This document shows, piece after piece, positions 26,786 through 35,567 of a stretch of DNA of 64,000 nucleotides. Made by a program: the position numbers and the translations under genes. Source of the DNA: a virus. Within the stretch, counting starts at the first letter, position 1. Each line of letters begins with the position of its first letter. The stretch spans positions 1-64,000 of IMG/VR virus record IMGVR_UViG_3300020433_000671; one strand, 5' to 3'. The notes beneath the pieces were generated by a model. The model made no database searches. It was not told the DNA's origin and was given only the letters and a program-made list of their open reading frames with translations.

Positions 26786-27026
26786 TCGCTGCGTTATACT
26801 CCTTGGTAATTTGTTCTGATGCATCCACTATAGTCAAAACTGAGTCAGATGTCAAGAACAAATCACGTTGTGAAGCAAATGCAGGAAAAGGTGATAGAAC
26901 TCCTTCAGGTGAAATACTAAAACATTTTTCAACTAATATCGATGGTTCTTCATCTAACTCAGTTACTTGACCGATTAAATATTCACTCCTGTTTGTCATC
27001 AACAGGACTTTCAGATTCGTTTCCAT
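26778..27026 (-). CDS. Small beta-rich hypothetical protein
   Basis: METNLKVLLM...; possible Sm-like fold. Confidence 0.7.
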   Translation of the reverse strand: METNLKVLLMTNRSEYLIGQVTELDEEPSILVEKCFSISPEGVLSPFPAFASQRDLFLTSDSVLTIVDASEQITKEYNAANE

Positions 27027-27348
27027 TGGTTGCTCCAACTAGTTGATTGTATTTTGAGACTACATCATCATGTGTTTCATAAGCACTAATGATTTCATCA
27101 TAACGAACAATTATCTTTTGTTCTTTTGAAAGAGGTGCATAAGGTTCCATCGTAATTTCAGGATTACTGAGTTTATGGATGTTACCATCATCATCCTCAA
27201 CACTCATTGCATCAGAAACCCAAACAGTATATGGTTTGATTAACTGATAACCAAGGATTTTTTTATCTGGATCTCCTTCTTGACTAATTTCACGGATGTC
27301 ACAAATAACATCTTCACCTCCTCTTGTTCTTACGACCCTTACGCTCAT
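26983..27348 (-). CDS. Sm-like fold hypothetical protein
   Basis: MSVRVVRTRGGEDVICDI... Confidence 0.75.
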   Translation of the reverse strand: MSVRVVRTRGGEDVICDIREISQEGDPDKKILGYQLIKPYTVWVSDAMSVEDDDGNIHKLSNPEITMEPYAPLSKEQKIIVRYDEIISAYETHDDVVSKYNQLVGATNGNESESPVDDKQE

Positions 27349-27556
27349 AGTCCCTCCTTTCAATTTCGTGTACTGCTCCCTTGATAACATCCTTAAGGAT
27401 TCTATCTTCGGGTATATTTTTTTGTTCTGCGATGGGTCTAACAATTCGCAGAAGTTCTTCAGTATAACCTGAAGGCACCTCTAATGTCAAGAGGTCTGAT
27501 TCCCCACTGTAACTATTTGGTTTGCAATTTAAATAGACATTCATCATATCCTCCAA
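27314..27556 (-). CDS. Hypothetical protein
   Basis: ~76-80 aa ORF with GGAGG SD. Confidence 0.7.
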   Translation of the reverse strand: MEDMMNVYLNCKPNSYSGESDLLTLEVPSGYTEELLRIVRPIAEQKNIPEDRILKDVIKGAVHEIERRDYERKGRKNKRR

Positions 27557-27558
27557 AT

Positions 27559-27582
27559 AAAAAGAGACCCAACGGGTCTCTT
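27559..27582 (-). terminator. Rho-independent terminator
   Basis: AAGAGACCC-GTT-GGGTCTCTT followed by TTT. Confidence 0.75.
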
Positions 27583-27601
27583 CTGTTGTACATTATATAT
27601 G

Positions 27602-27787
27602 CTAATAATCATCACTTGTCTGTGACTCCACCCATTCAGCATTGTTTTTACAGTATGCATCAGCATCTATTTGCATATGCCAGTGGGTGACAGTATGAAG
27701 AGTCTGTATTAAGACCATCAGACCTAGTAAGACCACAGGTCCTGACCACAGTGGATGCACCATTATCTCACCTGGTGTTCGTTTCAT
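27602..27787 (-). CDS. Small membrane protein
   Basis: HPLWSGPVVLLGLMVLIQTLHT...DADAYCKNNAEW. Confidence 0.75.
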   Translation of the reverse strand: MKRTPGEIMVHPLWSGPVVLLGLMVLIQTLHTVTHWHMQIDADAYCKNNAEWVESQTSDDY

Positions 27788-27841
27788 ACTCTAACATAAA
27801 CTTTTTTATATAGAGCATATTAGACTTATTTTAATCCGATG

Positions 27842-27976
27842 TCAATTACAATACATTAAACATGATTGATTTGTCGGATGATCATCACATTCTTTTTCCC
27901 AAAAAGATTTTTTGGGAACTCTTTTGATATCTGACTTAGCGTCTTTGATGACGCTGAAAGGAGTAGTGAGTTTCAT
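27842..27976 (-). CDS. 44-aa peptide with a CP12-like C-terminal Cys loop
   Basis: MKLTTPFSVIKDAKSDIKRVPKKSFWEKECDDHPTNQSCLMYCN; ATGA-coupled to the hsp20 stop; GGAGG SD. Confidence 0.75.
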   Translation of the reverse strand: MKLTTPFSVIKDAKSDIKRVPKKSFWEKECDDHPTNQSCLMYCN

Positions 27977-28413
27977 GATGCACCTCCTAGGTAATCTTTA
28001 CGTGAGTGATGTTCTGGTATTACTTTTCCTAACTCCACGGTGAGGAGTCCATCTTCAAAAACGACCTGTCGAACTTCGCAATCTTCGCTGAGTTGCCAAG
28101 TGCGTTTGAACGAACGTTGTGCCAAGCCCCTGTGCTGATATGTTGCATCTGTTTCTTTATCTTCTTTGATGCCTTCAACATGTAATTTTCCAAACTCCGT
28201 GAAGACTTTAACCTCTCCCTTCTTGAAGCCTGCCAGTGCGACTTCCAATCTTGACTCATGATTATTCAACTGCACCAAGTTATATGGTGGGTAATTAGAT
28301 TGGGAATCCGCCTCCCAAAATCTATTTAGATAATCATCCATTCCTATGCTGTTCTTAGTAATCTTGTCCAATAATTCTGGAAGATTCGCAGCATGATACC
28401 TTGTTAAGTTCAT
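27973..28413 (-). CDS. hsp20: Small heat-shock protein (IbpA/Hsp20)
   Basis: NYPPYNL...LEVALAGF...HRGLAQRSF...FEDGLL. Confidence 0.96.
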   Translation of the reverse strand: MNLTRYHAANLPELLDKITKNSIGMDDYLNRFWEADSQSNYPPYNLVQLNNHESRLEVALAGFKKGEVKVFTEFGKLHVEGIKEDKETDATYQHRGLAQRSFKRTWQLSEDCEVRQVVFEDGLLTVELGKVIPEHHSRKDYLGGAS

Positions 28414-28475
28414 AGTTTTGCCTCCTTTAAAAGCGAGTTTTAGTTGTGTGTCCCTTACGGCGACACTATTATTTA
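28414..28475 (-). promoter_or_regulatory. Late-type promoter plus ROSE-like RNA thermometer leader of hsp20
   Basis: TAAATA; hairpin GUGUC-G-CC-GUAA-GG-GACAC; CUCGCUU-UUA-AAGGAG pairs over the SD. Confidence 0.6.
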
Positions 28476-28569
28476 ATCATACATTATAGAAATCTTAAAT
28501 GGTATACGCCGTACATTTATCATACGGATATAAACACCTATATAGTCTTAGGTAACAATGTCAAGTGGC

Positions 28570-29070
28570 ATGAAAAAATTTATTCCTTTTATTATGCTTG
28601 CATCGGTTGGTGCTTTGATAAACCCAGTAAGGGCAGACATTACATCTAGATTTGCTTCAAGTGTACAACTAAGTGTTGGAGGTGCTCATACAACAGCTGA
28701 GAGAATTGGATCTTCGTATTCAATTTCTGGTTCTAATATTGACACTACCGATGGAACAACTGCTGGTACAGTGTCTGCTGGCACTATAGCATCAGGTGTT
28801 TATTCGCCTGGAACTATTGCAGCAACACAGGACACTGCTGGTGCAGCATTCAGCTTCACTCAGTCATACACTCAAGCTGACGCTATTCCAGGTAATGCTG
28901 TAACAGTTGGTGCATCACAAAACTTTGGTGATATATCAAGTGTTGCTGCTGGTACTACTGGTGATCTTGCTGGTCAAGTTACTAGTGCTCACACTTTTGC
29001 TAGTGTCTCTGCTGGTGGTGCTAATACTACAGCTACAACTCAGTTCGTAACAGAGCTAACTATAAAATAG
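28570..29070 (+). CDS. Secreted Ser/Thr/Gly/Ala-rich protein
   Basis: Signal peptide MKKFIPFIMLASVGALINPVRA; GAAFSFTQSY motif. Confidence 0.85.
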   Translation: MKKFIPFIMLASVGALINPVRADITSRFASSVQLSVGGAHTTAERIGSSYSISGSNIDTTDGTTAGTVSAGTIASGVYSPGTIAATQDTAGAAFSFTQSYTQADAIPGNAVTVGASQNFGDISSVAAGTTGDLAGQVTSAHTFASVSAGGANTTATTQFVTELTIK

Positions 29071-29080
29071 GTGATTAAGG

Positions 29081-29545
29081 ATGAATAAATTTATCCTATT
29101 ATTCTTATTATTAATTCCGTCTAAAACTCTTGCAGTGCCTGTGGTCCCCAATTTCCAACAGGGAAGTATGACTAGCCATACAGAAACTGAAAGCACTATA
29201 ACGGAAACCATAAATTCAGTAGATTATAGAACAGGATGGGAATACAGCGTGACTGGGGTAGGCGTTTCCAACAATGGAGAGCCACTCAACCCCAATGTGA
29301 ATACATCAACAGTGACTATAGATCCAAGCGTAGGATCAGGAGAGGGAGCAATCACAGGGAGCGTAACATCTTCCTTCGATGCTTTAGATCTCTCCAGTCA
29401 AAGCAAGTACACAATGACAACTCCAGGTGCAGCGTTTCAATTTACCCAGAGTTATCAAGGACCAGGTATGACAAATCAAACTCTCATACAGAGAACAACA
29501 GTAATAGAGTCCGTCACGGACACAACAAGCGTGTTTACCCAATAA
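29081..29545 (+). CDS. Secreted Thr/Ser-rich protein
   Basis: Signal peptide MNKFILLFLLLIPSKTLA; VPVVPNF; GAAFQFTQSY motif. Confidence 0.85.
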   Translation: MNKFILLFLLLIPSKTLAVPVVPNFQQGSMTSHTETESTITETINSVDYRTGWEYSVTGVGVSNNGEPLNPNVNTSTVTIDPSVGSGEGAITGSVTSSFDALDLSSQSKYTMTTPGAAFQFTQSYQGPGMTNQTLIQRTTVIESVTDTTSVFTQ

Positions 29546-30564
29546 AAGCATTATGTCTATCTGCTCTGAGTGTGGTCATTACTGCCCCTGTGAATGCACA
29601 AGGTGTAGGGGGTGTGAGTGCAACCGCAAATCCAATCGCTAATAGTTCGGGCTCGGTCACGAACCAGGCAATACAAGTTTTACAAGGTCCATACGTAACT
29701 AACACCTATGGTGGTGGTGTATCGTGTCAGGGTACGACCCTCAATATGACACCATACATCCAATTTGCTGACTCAAGGAAAGACCCTTGGGAAGATTTCT
29801 ATAACGAACCACAATACAATACTACTGATATCAGTGGTACAATGACTCCTACCTATGTTACTGTCAAGAATTATCCTTGGGAGGATTGGTACGATGATAG
29901 AACTTATACTAATGCTGCTGGTGAAGAAGTAAGGTGGTTCCCAGATGGATCAGACATTACTATCATTGAAGATATAGATGGTCCTAATGGTGTACCAGAT
30001 ATAGTTGACACTGGTGGAGAGATGACCCCATCATGGTTTAAACCTGTGCGTACAGACATGAAGGCAAATCAAAGTTTTAACGTAGGTCTTTCTGCTACAC
30101 TTTCTATACCATTGAACAGAGGTATGCAAAGGAGGTGTAGAGAGGCAGCAGAGGCACAGACAGCATCTGTTGTGCAGTTGACTGCTAATAAAAGATTAGA
30201 CTTTGAGATTGCTCGTCTTAAAAATTGTGGTGAACTCATGAAGGCTGGTATCATGTTCCATCCTAAATCACCCTATGCATCTATATGTGCTGACGTAGTT
30301 GTTACTGCACCTGGTGGACAAATTATTCCACACGAACACCAGATACCTCAACCAAAATGGACTAACCCTTCTTCTTCAGAGGGGGTAGACCTTTCTTCTC
30401 TCGGTAACGGTTCGTCTGTATCTCCGATAAAGTTGGACGGTAAGGTTTCTTCCCAAGAATCTTCTGAACTTTCGCAATCGTCTTCTTCACAACAGGTTTC
30501 ACAACCTTCAGGAGCAGATCTGCTAGGGGTTTGGCAAATAGGGCACTCGCTGTCGCCACAGTAG
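29542..30564 (+). CDS. Secreted/membrane protein (probable AUA start)
   Basis: (M)KALCLSALSVVITAPVNA-QGVGGVSATANPIANSSGSVTNQAIQ...LDFEIARLKNCG. Confidence 0.8.
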   Translation: MKALCLSALSVVITAPVNAQGVGGVSATANPIANSSGSVTNQAIQVLQGPYVTNTYGGGVSCQGTTLNMTPYIQFADSRKDPWEDFYNEPQYNTTDISGTMTPTYVTVKNYPWEDWYDDRTYTNAAGEEVRWFPDGSDITIIEDIDGPNGVPDIVDTGGEMTPSWFKPVRTDMKANQSFNVGLSATLSIPLNRGMQRRCREAAEAQTASVVQLTANKRLDFEIARLKNCGELMKAGIMFHPKSPYASICADVVVTAPGGQIIPHEHQIPQPKWTNPSSSEGVDLSSLGNGSSVSPIKLDGKVSSQESSELSQSSSSQQVSQPSGADLLGVWQIGHSLSPQ

Positions 30565-31264
30565 CAATTGTCGCAGTGGTTGTTACCACTCCTACTGATG
30601 GTAGGTACTGATCCATGATAGGGACAGGTTCCCAGATAGTCTCACAAATTTTACCATCAGGTGTTAGTTTATATTCTTTTACTTGCTCATCACCTTTCTG
30701 ATTTCTATCACCTATACGTCTTGCATTCTTAGGAGGACATTCGACTTCTTTAGGAATCTGACCATCTGTAGGTGGTGGGGGAGGTGGTGATGGTGCCTCT
30801 ATAGGTTCTTGTTCTTGTGTATCAACACCTTCATCACCTTTTTCTGGTTCGGTATTAATTGTTTGCCAAAATAATTCTCTAGCATCATAGTCTGCTGGTA
30901 AGTATGAAGGCATACCAGCATCACATAATGTAGTAGTTGCTTTAGGATCATCATTCACAAGGTTTTTATTCCTTGATGGATCCTTCTTAGCATTCTCTTT
31001 GTGTACTTCTACACAACCAGGCATATTAACAATAGGTGTACCAGCATTAACAGTGACTGGTACATCTATTGGTACTGCTTGTGGGGGATTAACTAACCAC
31101 TCACGTGTTTCACGTATATTAATATCCCTTATATCAGCAACAAAATTATCACGAATACCTATGGTCTCAGTGCCAATCAAAGGTATTCCTGTTCCGTTGA
31201 CTGTTATGTCAGGTATATCAAGTCCACGGATAGTAATATTAGGTACATTATGAATAGGATCCAT
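30362..31264 (-). CDS. Pro-rich protein with C-terminal membrane anchor
   Basis: PIVNMPGCV, poly-Pro tract, Cys pairs, VVTTTATIATVATASALFA followed by a basic tail. Confidence 0.85.
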   Translation of the reverse strand: MDPIHNVPNITIRGLDIPDITVNGTGIPLIGTETIGIRDNFVADIRDINIRETREWLVNPPQAVPIDVPVTVNAGTPIVNMPGCVEVHKENAKKDPSRNKNLVNDDPKATTTLCDAGMPSYLPADYDARELFWQTINTEPEKGDEGVDTQEQEPIEAPSPPPPPPTDGQIPKEVECPPKNARRIGDRNQKGDEQVKEYKLTPDGKICETIWEPVPIMDQYLPSVGVVTTTATIATVATASALFAKPLADLLLKVVKPVVKKTIAKVQKILGKKPYRPTLSEIQTNRYREKKGLPPLKKKG

Positions 31265-31279
31265 AGGTAAGTATCCATT

Positions 31280-31537
31280 TTATTTTGGAGGTAACTCCTT
31301 CTTATAATCTTTAGGATCTTTCAATCCTTTAACAGGACCACTAGTTTCTGGCCAAGCATTTATTAGTTGTAAATATACTTCTTCTCTAACGATTTGTCTA
31401 ATCTTTTCTATCTTAGCATCCTCTCTCTTCTGAGGACCACCAGTTTGTTGGTCGATGACATGATTGCCACCGACAAACGCACCAGTTCCTACAACTGCTG
31501 CTGCTGTTACTCCTGATGTGATCTTTTGTACGTCCAT
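31280..31537 (-). CDS. Small membrane-anchored protein
   Basis: N-terminal GVTAAAVVGTGAFVGG. Confidence 0.8.
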   Translation of the reverse strand: MDVQKITSGVTAAAVVGTGAFVGGNHVIDQQTGGPQKREDAKIEKIRQIVREEVYLQLINAWPETSGPVKGLKDPKDYKKELPPK

Positions 31538-32145
31538 TAACAACCCTTAAGATCTGCTGCCATGTTACCACCAAGTTCAGCACCTTGATTACCACCAAAC
31601 ATTGTTACCCAACCAGCAGCAAGCCAACCAACAAAAGGTATACCACTAACGGCAGGTGCAACAGCAGTACCAACGCCACTACCAACGAGACGACCAGTCT
31701 GTTCTCCACCACCTCTTGCTTTGATACAAGCGATTGTTTTTTCTGAGAGTTTTCCGTCTGGGTTTGCAGATGCTTGGACTGCAAGTGCTGATGGATCAAT
31801 CCATGCTGTATTGGTTGATACTGGTCCTCCATGGTGTGCTGCACCATCGGCAGTAAATTCAATAACTTGTTTGGTAGTATTATTAGCGAGTCCCAGAAAG
31901 CCGCCTTTACTTTTTTTATCAATGGTAGTAATCATAGTCTTAGGATCGTTAGCTCTGTAACGTACACTATAACCATCTTCACTAACATTTGCTTCATATG
32001 AAGTGTATGCTCCTACTGGTATATTCAAACTAGGAAGTTTAGATGAATCTCTCCTAGCAAGCATACCAATCATACCTATATGAGATATACCTATGACTCC
32101 ACCCAATCCAAGGGCAAACCATTTTGTTAAATTAATTTTATCCAT
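31537..32145 (-). CDS. Membrane protein with glycine zipper
   Basis: N-terminal TM; GRLVGSGVG...IPFVGWLAAGWVTMFGG...GAELGG. Confidence 0.85.
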   Translation of the reverse strand: MDKINLTKWFALGLGGVIGISHIGMIGMLARRDSSKLPSLNIPVGAYTSYEANVSEDGYSVRYRANDPKTMITTIDKKSKGGFLGLANNTTKQVIEFTADGAAHHGGPVSTNTAWIDPSALAVQASANPDGKLSEKTIACIKARGGGEQTGRLVGSGVGTAVAPAVSGIPFVGWLAAGWVTMFGGNQGAELGGNMAADLKGC

Positions 32146-32160
32146 AACGATACTCGTAAT

Positions 32161-32403
32161 TTAAAAAGGTGAACTTGGAACAGGAAGTCCCATACTAGCA
32201 CCATCAGTAGAGGGAATTTCAGGAAGTCCTACATCACCTGAAAGAGCACCGCCAACAAGACCGCCAGCAAGACCACCTAGTGCTTTCTCTTTTATGTTTT
32301 CTATGATTGCATCCTTGCGTACATAAACGTAGCCAGCAGTGCCAACAACGGCAAGAGATACAACAGCAGACGCAACAGCGAGTACATTAATTACTTTTTG
32401 CAT
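32161..32403 (-). CDS. Small membrane-anchored protein
   Basis: MQKVINVLAVASAVVSLAVVGTAGYVYV. Confidence 0.8.
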   Translation of the reverse strand: MQKVINVLAVASAVVSLAVVGTAGYVYVRKDAIIENIKEKALGGLAGGLVGGALSGDVGLPEIPSTDGASMGLPVPSSPF

Positions 32404-32407
32404 GATT

Positions 32408-32842
32408 TTAAATTTCGTAAGTTTTCTTTTCTTTGCTATTAGGATCAACCGCAATGATTTTTAATGGTGCTTGCTCAATACGAATAGTTTGAGTAGGACC
32501 ACCGTTTCCTCCATTTCCACCACCATTACCATTAGTCATCTTCATAGTACCATCTCCCTTCTTAGAAGCGGTCTGGATTCCGAAGCTAGCTAGCACCCCT
32601 GTAAAAACCGAAGCTATGAAAGTTGGATCGATTTTCTGTTGTGGTACACCTGGTATGGCGACGTAGTTTAAAGTCAAGATTCCTCCAGACCAGGCAAGAA
32701 CAGTAATGCGAACAAATGTACTAATGATTGCTGCTTGTTCATCAGCGTCTGGAAGTATAGCATCCTTAGCTTTGCCAAAGAAACCTTTTTTCTTTTCTTC
32801 TGGTTGTTCTTCAACAACCTCATTTTTAATCTCTTCGGGCAT
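32408..32842 (-). CDS. Two-TM membrane protein
   Basis: VRITVLAWSGGILTLNY...IDPTFIASVFTGVLASFG. Confidence 0.85.
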   Translation of the reverse strand: MPEEIKNEVVEEQPEEKKKGFFGKAKDAILPDADEQAAIISTFVRITVLAWSGGILTLNYVAIPGVPQQKIDPTFIASVFTGVLASFGIQTASKKGDGTMKMTNGNGGGNGGNGGPTQTIRIEQAPLKIIAVDPNSKEKKTYEI

Positions 32843-32870
32843 GAAAAGTATCTGTAACTATATTATATAT

Positions 32871-33296
32871 CTATTCAGAAGACTGCCTTTTTTTACCGAT
32901 ATTATATTTGGATTCAAGAGTCCATTCACCCTTTTCTTTGTATGCAATAACTTTAATTTGACTTAGAGGTGCAGCTTGTGTAACAGTGTCTTCCTTTACA
33001 ATTTCTACTAGACCCCAATCAGATAAAAGTTTAATTATACGATTTCGACGTTGAACATCATTCTCAGATAGATTTGCTTTCTTACCATCAAGTGCGAAGA
33101 GTTCTTTAAAATGTACTATGTAATACTGTCCTTTTTTATGAAGGATGTGACATGATTGAAATAATTTTTTTTCTTTTCTGGATGCAACTCCAATACGTGT
33201 AAGAGTCTCACGAACTTTAAGGAAATCATCAGGTTCCTTTAAGTTCACCTCCACCATATCATTCTTTGTCCATTGAACCTCTTTAAGTTCACTCAT
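32871..33296 (-). CDS. regA: Translational repressor RegA
   Basis: PDDFLKVRETLTRIG...QSCHILHK...HFKELF. Confidence 0.96.
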   Translation of the reverse strand: MSELKEVQWTKNDMVEVNLKEPDDFLKVRETLTRIGVASRKEKKLFQSCHILHKKGQYYIVHFKELFALDGKKANLSENDVQRRNRIIKLLSDWGLVEIVKEDTVTQAAPLSQIKVIAYKEKGEWTLESKYNIGKKRQSSE

Positions 33297-33697
33297 AGTT
33301 TCTTACCTCCTTTATTCAGTTTCTCTTTAATGTAATTTAATTGCTTTGGAGTTAAGATCCTTAAGGCTTGAATTGCTTTATCACTACTATAACCATAGTA
33401 TTTTTTCACAAGGTCAAGATCTTTCACCGTTTCTTTTTTACCCCAAGGAGAAAATCTCTTTCGGGATCTGACGGTATTTATAAAGAAATCATACTGAAGT
33501 TTCTTATCTAAGTTAGGATATTGATTCATCTCATTTGCATACATCACAGTATCAATATGATGTGACATACACTTATTGATTACAAAAGGAGAATAATTTT
33601 TTTCCCAATCAGGATCTTCATCCTCCATCAAATTTTTCTTTGTCACATTGATACTGTTTAGATAATCCTTTAAAGGATACCGATCATCATATGGCAT
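33293..33697 (-). CDS. gp62: Clamp loader small subunit
   Basis: YSPFVINKCMS...ANEMN...QYDF...YYGYS. Confidence 0.92.
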   Translation of the reverse strand: MPYDDRYPLKDYLNSINVTKKNLMEDEDPDWEKNYSPFVINKCMSHHIDTVMYANEMNQYPNLDKKLQYDFFINTVRSRKRFSPWGKKETVKDLDLVKKYYGYSSDKAIQALRILTPKQLNYIKEKLNKGGKKL

Positions 33698-34514
33698 AGT
33701 TTGTTAAAATAAGTTCTTTACGTTGTTCCTGATCTTTCATATAATCACCTACTGATCTCATGGTATATGTGTGATCATACTCGTAAGGTGTCCATTCCTT
33801 AAAACGTTCTTTTATTAATTGAGAAGAATTATATGATATCATCATAGGAGAAGTATAACCATCACACCATTCAGAAAACTCATCATGATTAAATCCTTTA
33901 TGCATGGCACCTTTTTTACCATATAGAGAAGATTTTATTTCATAAGGAGGATCTAAGTACATGAATATATCCCTATCATCACATAACATTCTTTCATAAG
34001 AAAGATTTGTTATAGTCCAATTTTGTATCAACTCTGAATACTCAGGTAATTTCTCTATTCCTCGTAAACTGAAATTGGAGTTTGATGCTTGGGATGAAAA
34101 GGATGAGGACTCTGTGAGACCAGAAAAAGAGCACTTGTTAATAATATAAAAATAACAGGCACGACTAATGTCGGATTGTTTTTCATCGTTAAGAAGTTCT
34201 TTACTTTCCAAAAAAAGTTCTTTTGCTTTTTCTGGAGTTGCATATGCTGTTTTAAAAGTTTTGAGTCTGGTCGTAATTTCATTACCATTATCCTGTAGTT
34301 GTTGCCAAAAATTAACTAGAGGTACATATAGGTCATTGACCCATATCTCTAGATGAGGATATGCCTGTGTCATATAAAGAGCAACAGACCCACCACCAAG
34401 AAAAGGTTCACGATATTCTTTATACTTATTCATATCTGGTAAAAACTGTGCTATTTTTTTAACAGCACGAGACTTCCCACCAGGATAACGAAGAGGTGTT
34501 TTCAAAGAGGTCAT
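33687..34514 (-). CDS. dam: DNA adenine methyltransferase (Dam/D12 class)
   Basis: PLRYPGGKS, EPFLGGGSV, YLDPPY. Confidence 0.92.
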   Translation of the reverse strand: MTSLKTPLRYPGGKSRAVKKIAQFLPDMNKYKEYREPFLGGGSVALYMTQAYPHLEIWVNDLYVPLVNFWQQLQDNGNEITTRLKTFKTAYATPEKAKELFLESKELLNDEKQSDISRACYFYIINKCSFSGLTESSSFSSQASNSNFSLRGIEKLPEYSELIQNWTITNLSYERMLCDDRDIFMYLDPPYEIKSSLYGKKGAMHKGFNHDEFSEWCDGYTSPMMISYNSSQLIKERFKEWTPYEYDHTYTMRSVGDYMKDQEQRKELILTNYAI

Positions 34515-34801
34515 AAAATCAATTGCTTGTCAGGAGTAATAATATTATTACCAAATATTTTTTCATACTGCTTAACTACCTGAGGTGCAACTGCAACAGA
34601 ATAGATAACATGTTTCATATCCAAAGCAATCTCAGGAAATTCTGGATCAATAACAGTTGCCCATGGAGCAAATCCTACTTGATCTTGATGAGGAATAACA
34701 ACTAAACCATTCTTAACTGTCAAAATACCATTCTTCCAATCTACAACTTCAGCAACAATTTCTTCACCAGTTATCAGACGTATTAATTTTATATCAATCA
34801 T
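34511..34801 (-). CDS. Sm-like fold hypothetical protein
   Basis: IKLIRLITGEEIVAE...GFAPW. Confidence 0.8.
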   Translation of the reverse strand: MIDIKLIRLITGEEIVAEVVDWKNGILTVKNGLVVIPHQDQVGFAPWATVIDPEFPEIALDMKHVIYSVAVAPQVVKQYEKIFGNNIITPDKQLIL

Positions 34802-34803
34802 GT

Positions 34804-35028
34804 TTATATACCTTGATCTTTAGTTCTTTCAAAAAATTCTTTCATCGATGATGAAACATCTGGTGGTTCAGGATCTTTAATACCCTTAATTTTTTTCCAA
34901 TTATTATACATTGCTTGCATATGCCATGATTGAGCAAGACTCTTAGGACCATTTTCTAACAACTCAAGTTCTTTCTTGTTAGTTGTATATGATTTGTACT
35001 CCTCTCTCCACTTAGTATTTTCTGTCAT
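34804..35028 (-). CDS. Hypothetical protein
   Basis: WREEYK...LLENGPKSLAQSW. Confidence 0.75.
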   Translation of the reverse strand: MTENTKWREEYKSYTTNKKELELLENGPKSLAQSWHMQAMYNNWKKIKGIKDPEPPDVSSSMKEFFERTKDQGI

Positions 35029-35567
35029 GATGTAATGTCCTCCAATTTGAATAGTGAAACAAACTCTAGTTCATTATTATACCATACTTTATGATTTTCC
35101 ATCCTATCAACAATAGTAACCACTCTATTGACAATATATCCTGCATCACGTAGCACATTGACTGCCTTGATTGCACTACTGCCTGTTGTAGTTACATCTT
35201 CTAATACTGTAACGATTGAACCTTTAGGTGGTTTGTTACCTTCAATAACTTCTTTTGTACCATATCCTTTAGGATTTTTCCTAACAATAAGAGCATCAAT
35301 ATGCCCACCCTTATAGTATGCTCTCTGTGCAACACCACAAACCAATGGATCAGCACCCAAAGTAAGACCACCAACTGCTACTGACTTAGGATCTACTTCC
35401 TTAATCATTAGTGATGATAACAATGCATTACCCTCACATGAAAGAGTTACAGGTTTACAATTAATATAATGCTCCGACTTTTTGCCTGAAGACAATACAT
35501 AATCACCTTTTTTATATGCTCTTTCTTTCAGTAGGTTGAGCAATGTTGCTTTGTTTACATCAGTCAT
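35025..35567 (-). CDS. pyrE: Orotate phosphoribosyltransferase
   Basis: LSSGKKSEHYIN, GGLTLGADP, PRPP motif VLEDVTTTGSS. Confidence 0.93.
   Translation of the reverse strand: MTDVNKATLLNLLKERAYKKGDYVLSSGKKSEHYINCKPVTLSCEGNALLSSLMIKEVDPKSVAVGGLTLGADPLVCGVAQRAYYKGGHIDALIVRKNPKGYGTKEVIEGNKPPKGSIVTVLEDVTTTGSSAIKAVNVLRDAGYIVNRVVTIVDRMENHKVWYNNELEFVSLFKLEDITS

Noticed and set aside
29236-29541. Long N-terminus of the 442-aa ORF
   Set aside because: Arg/Asn-rich shadow of the upstream gene; the signal peptide starts at about 29542. Kept only as the frameshift alternative.
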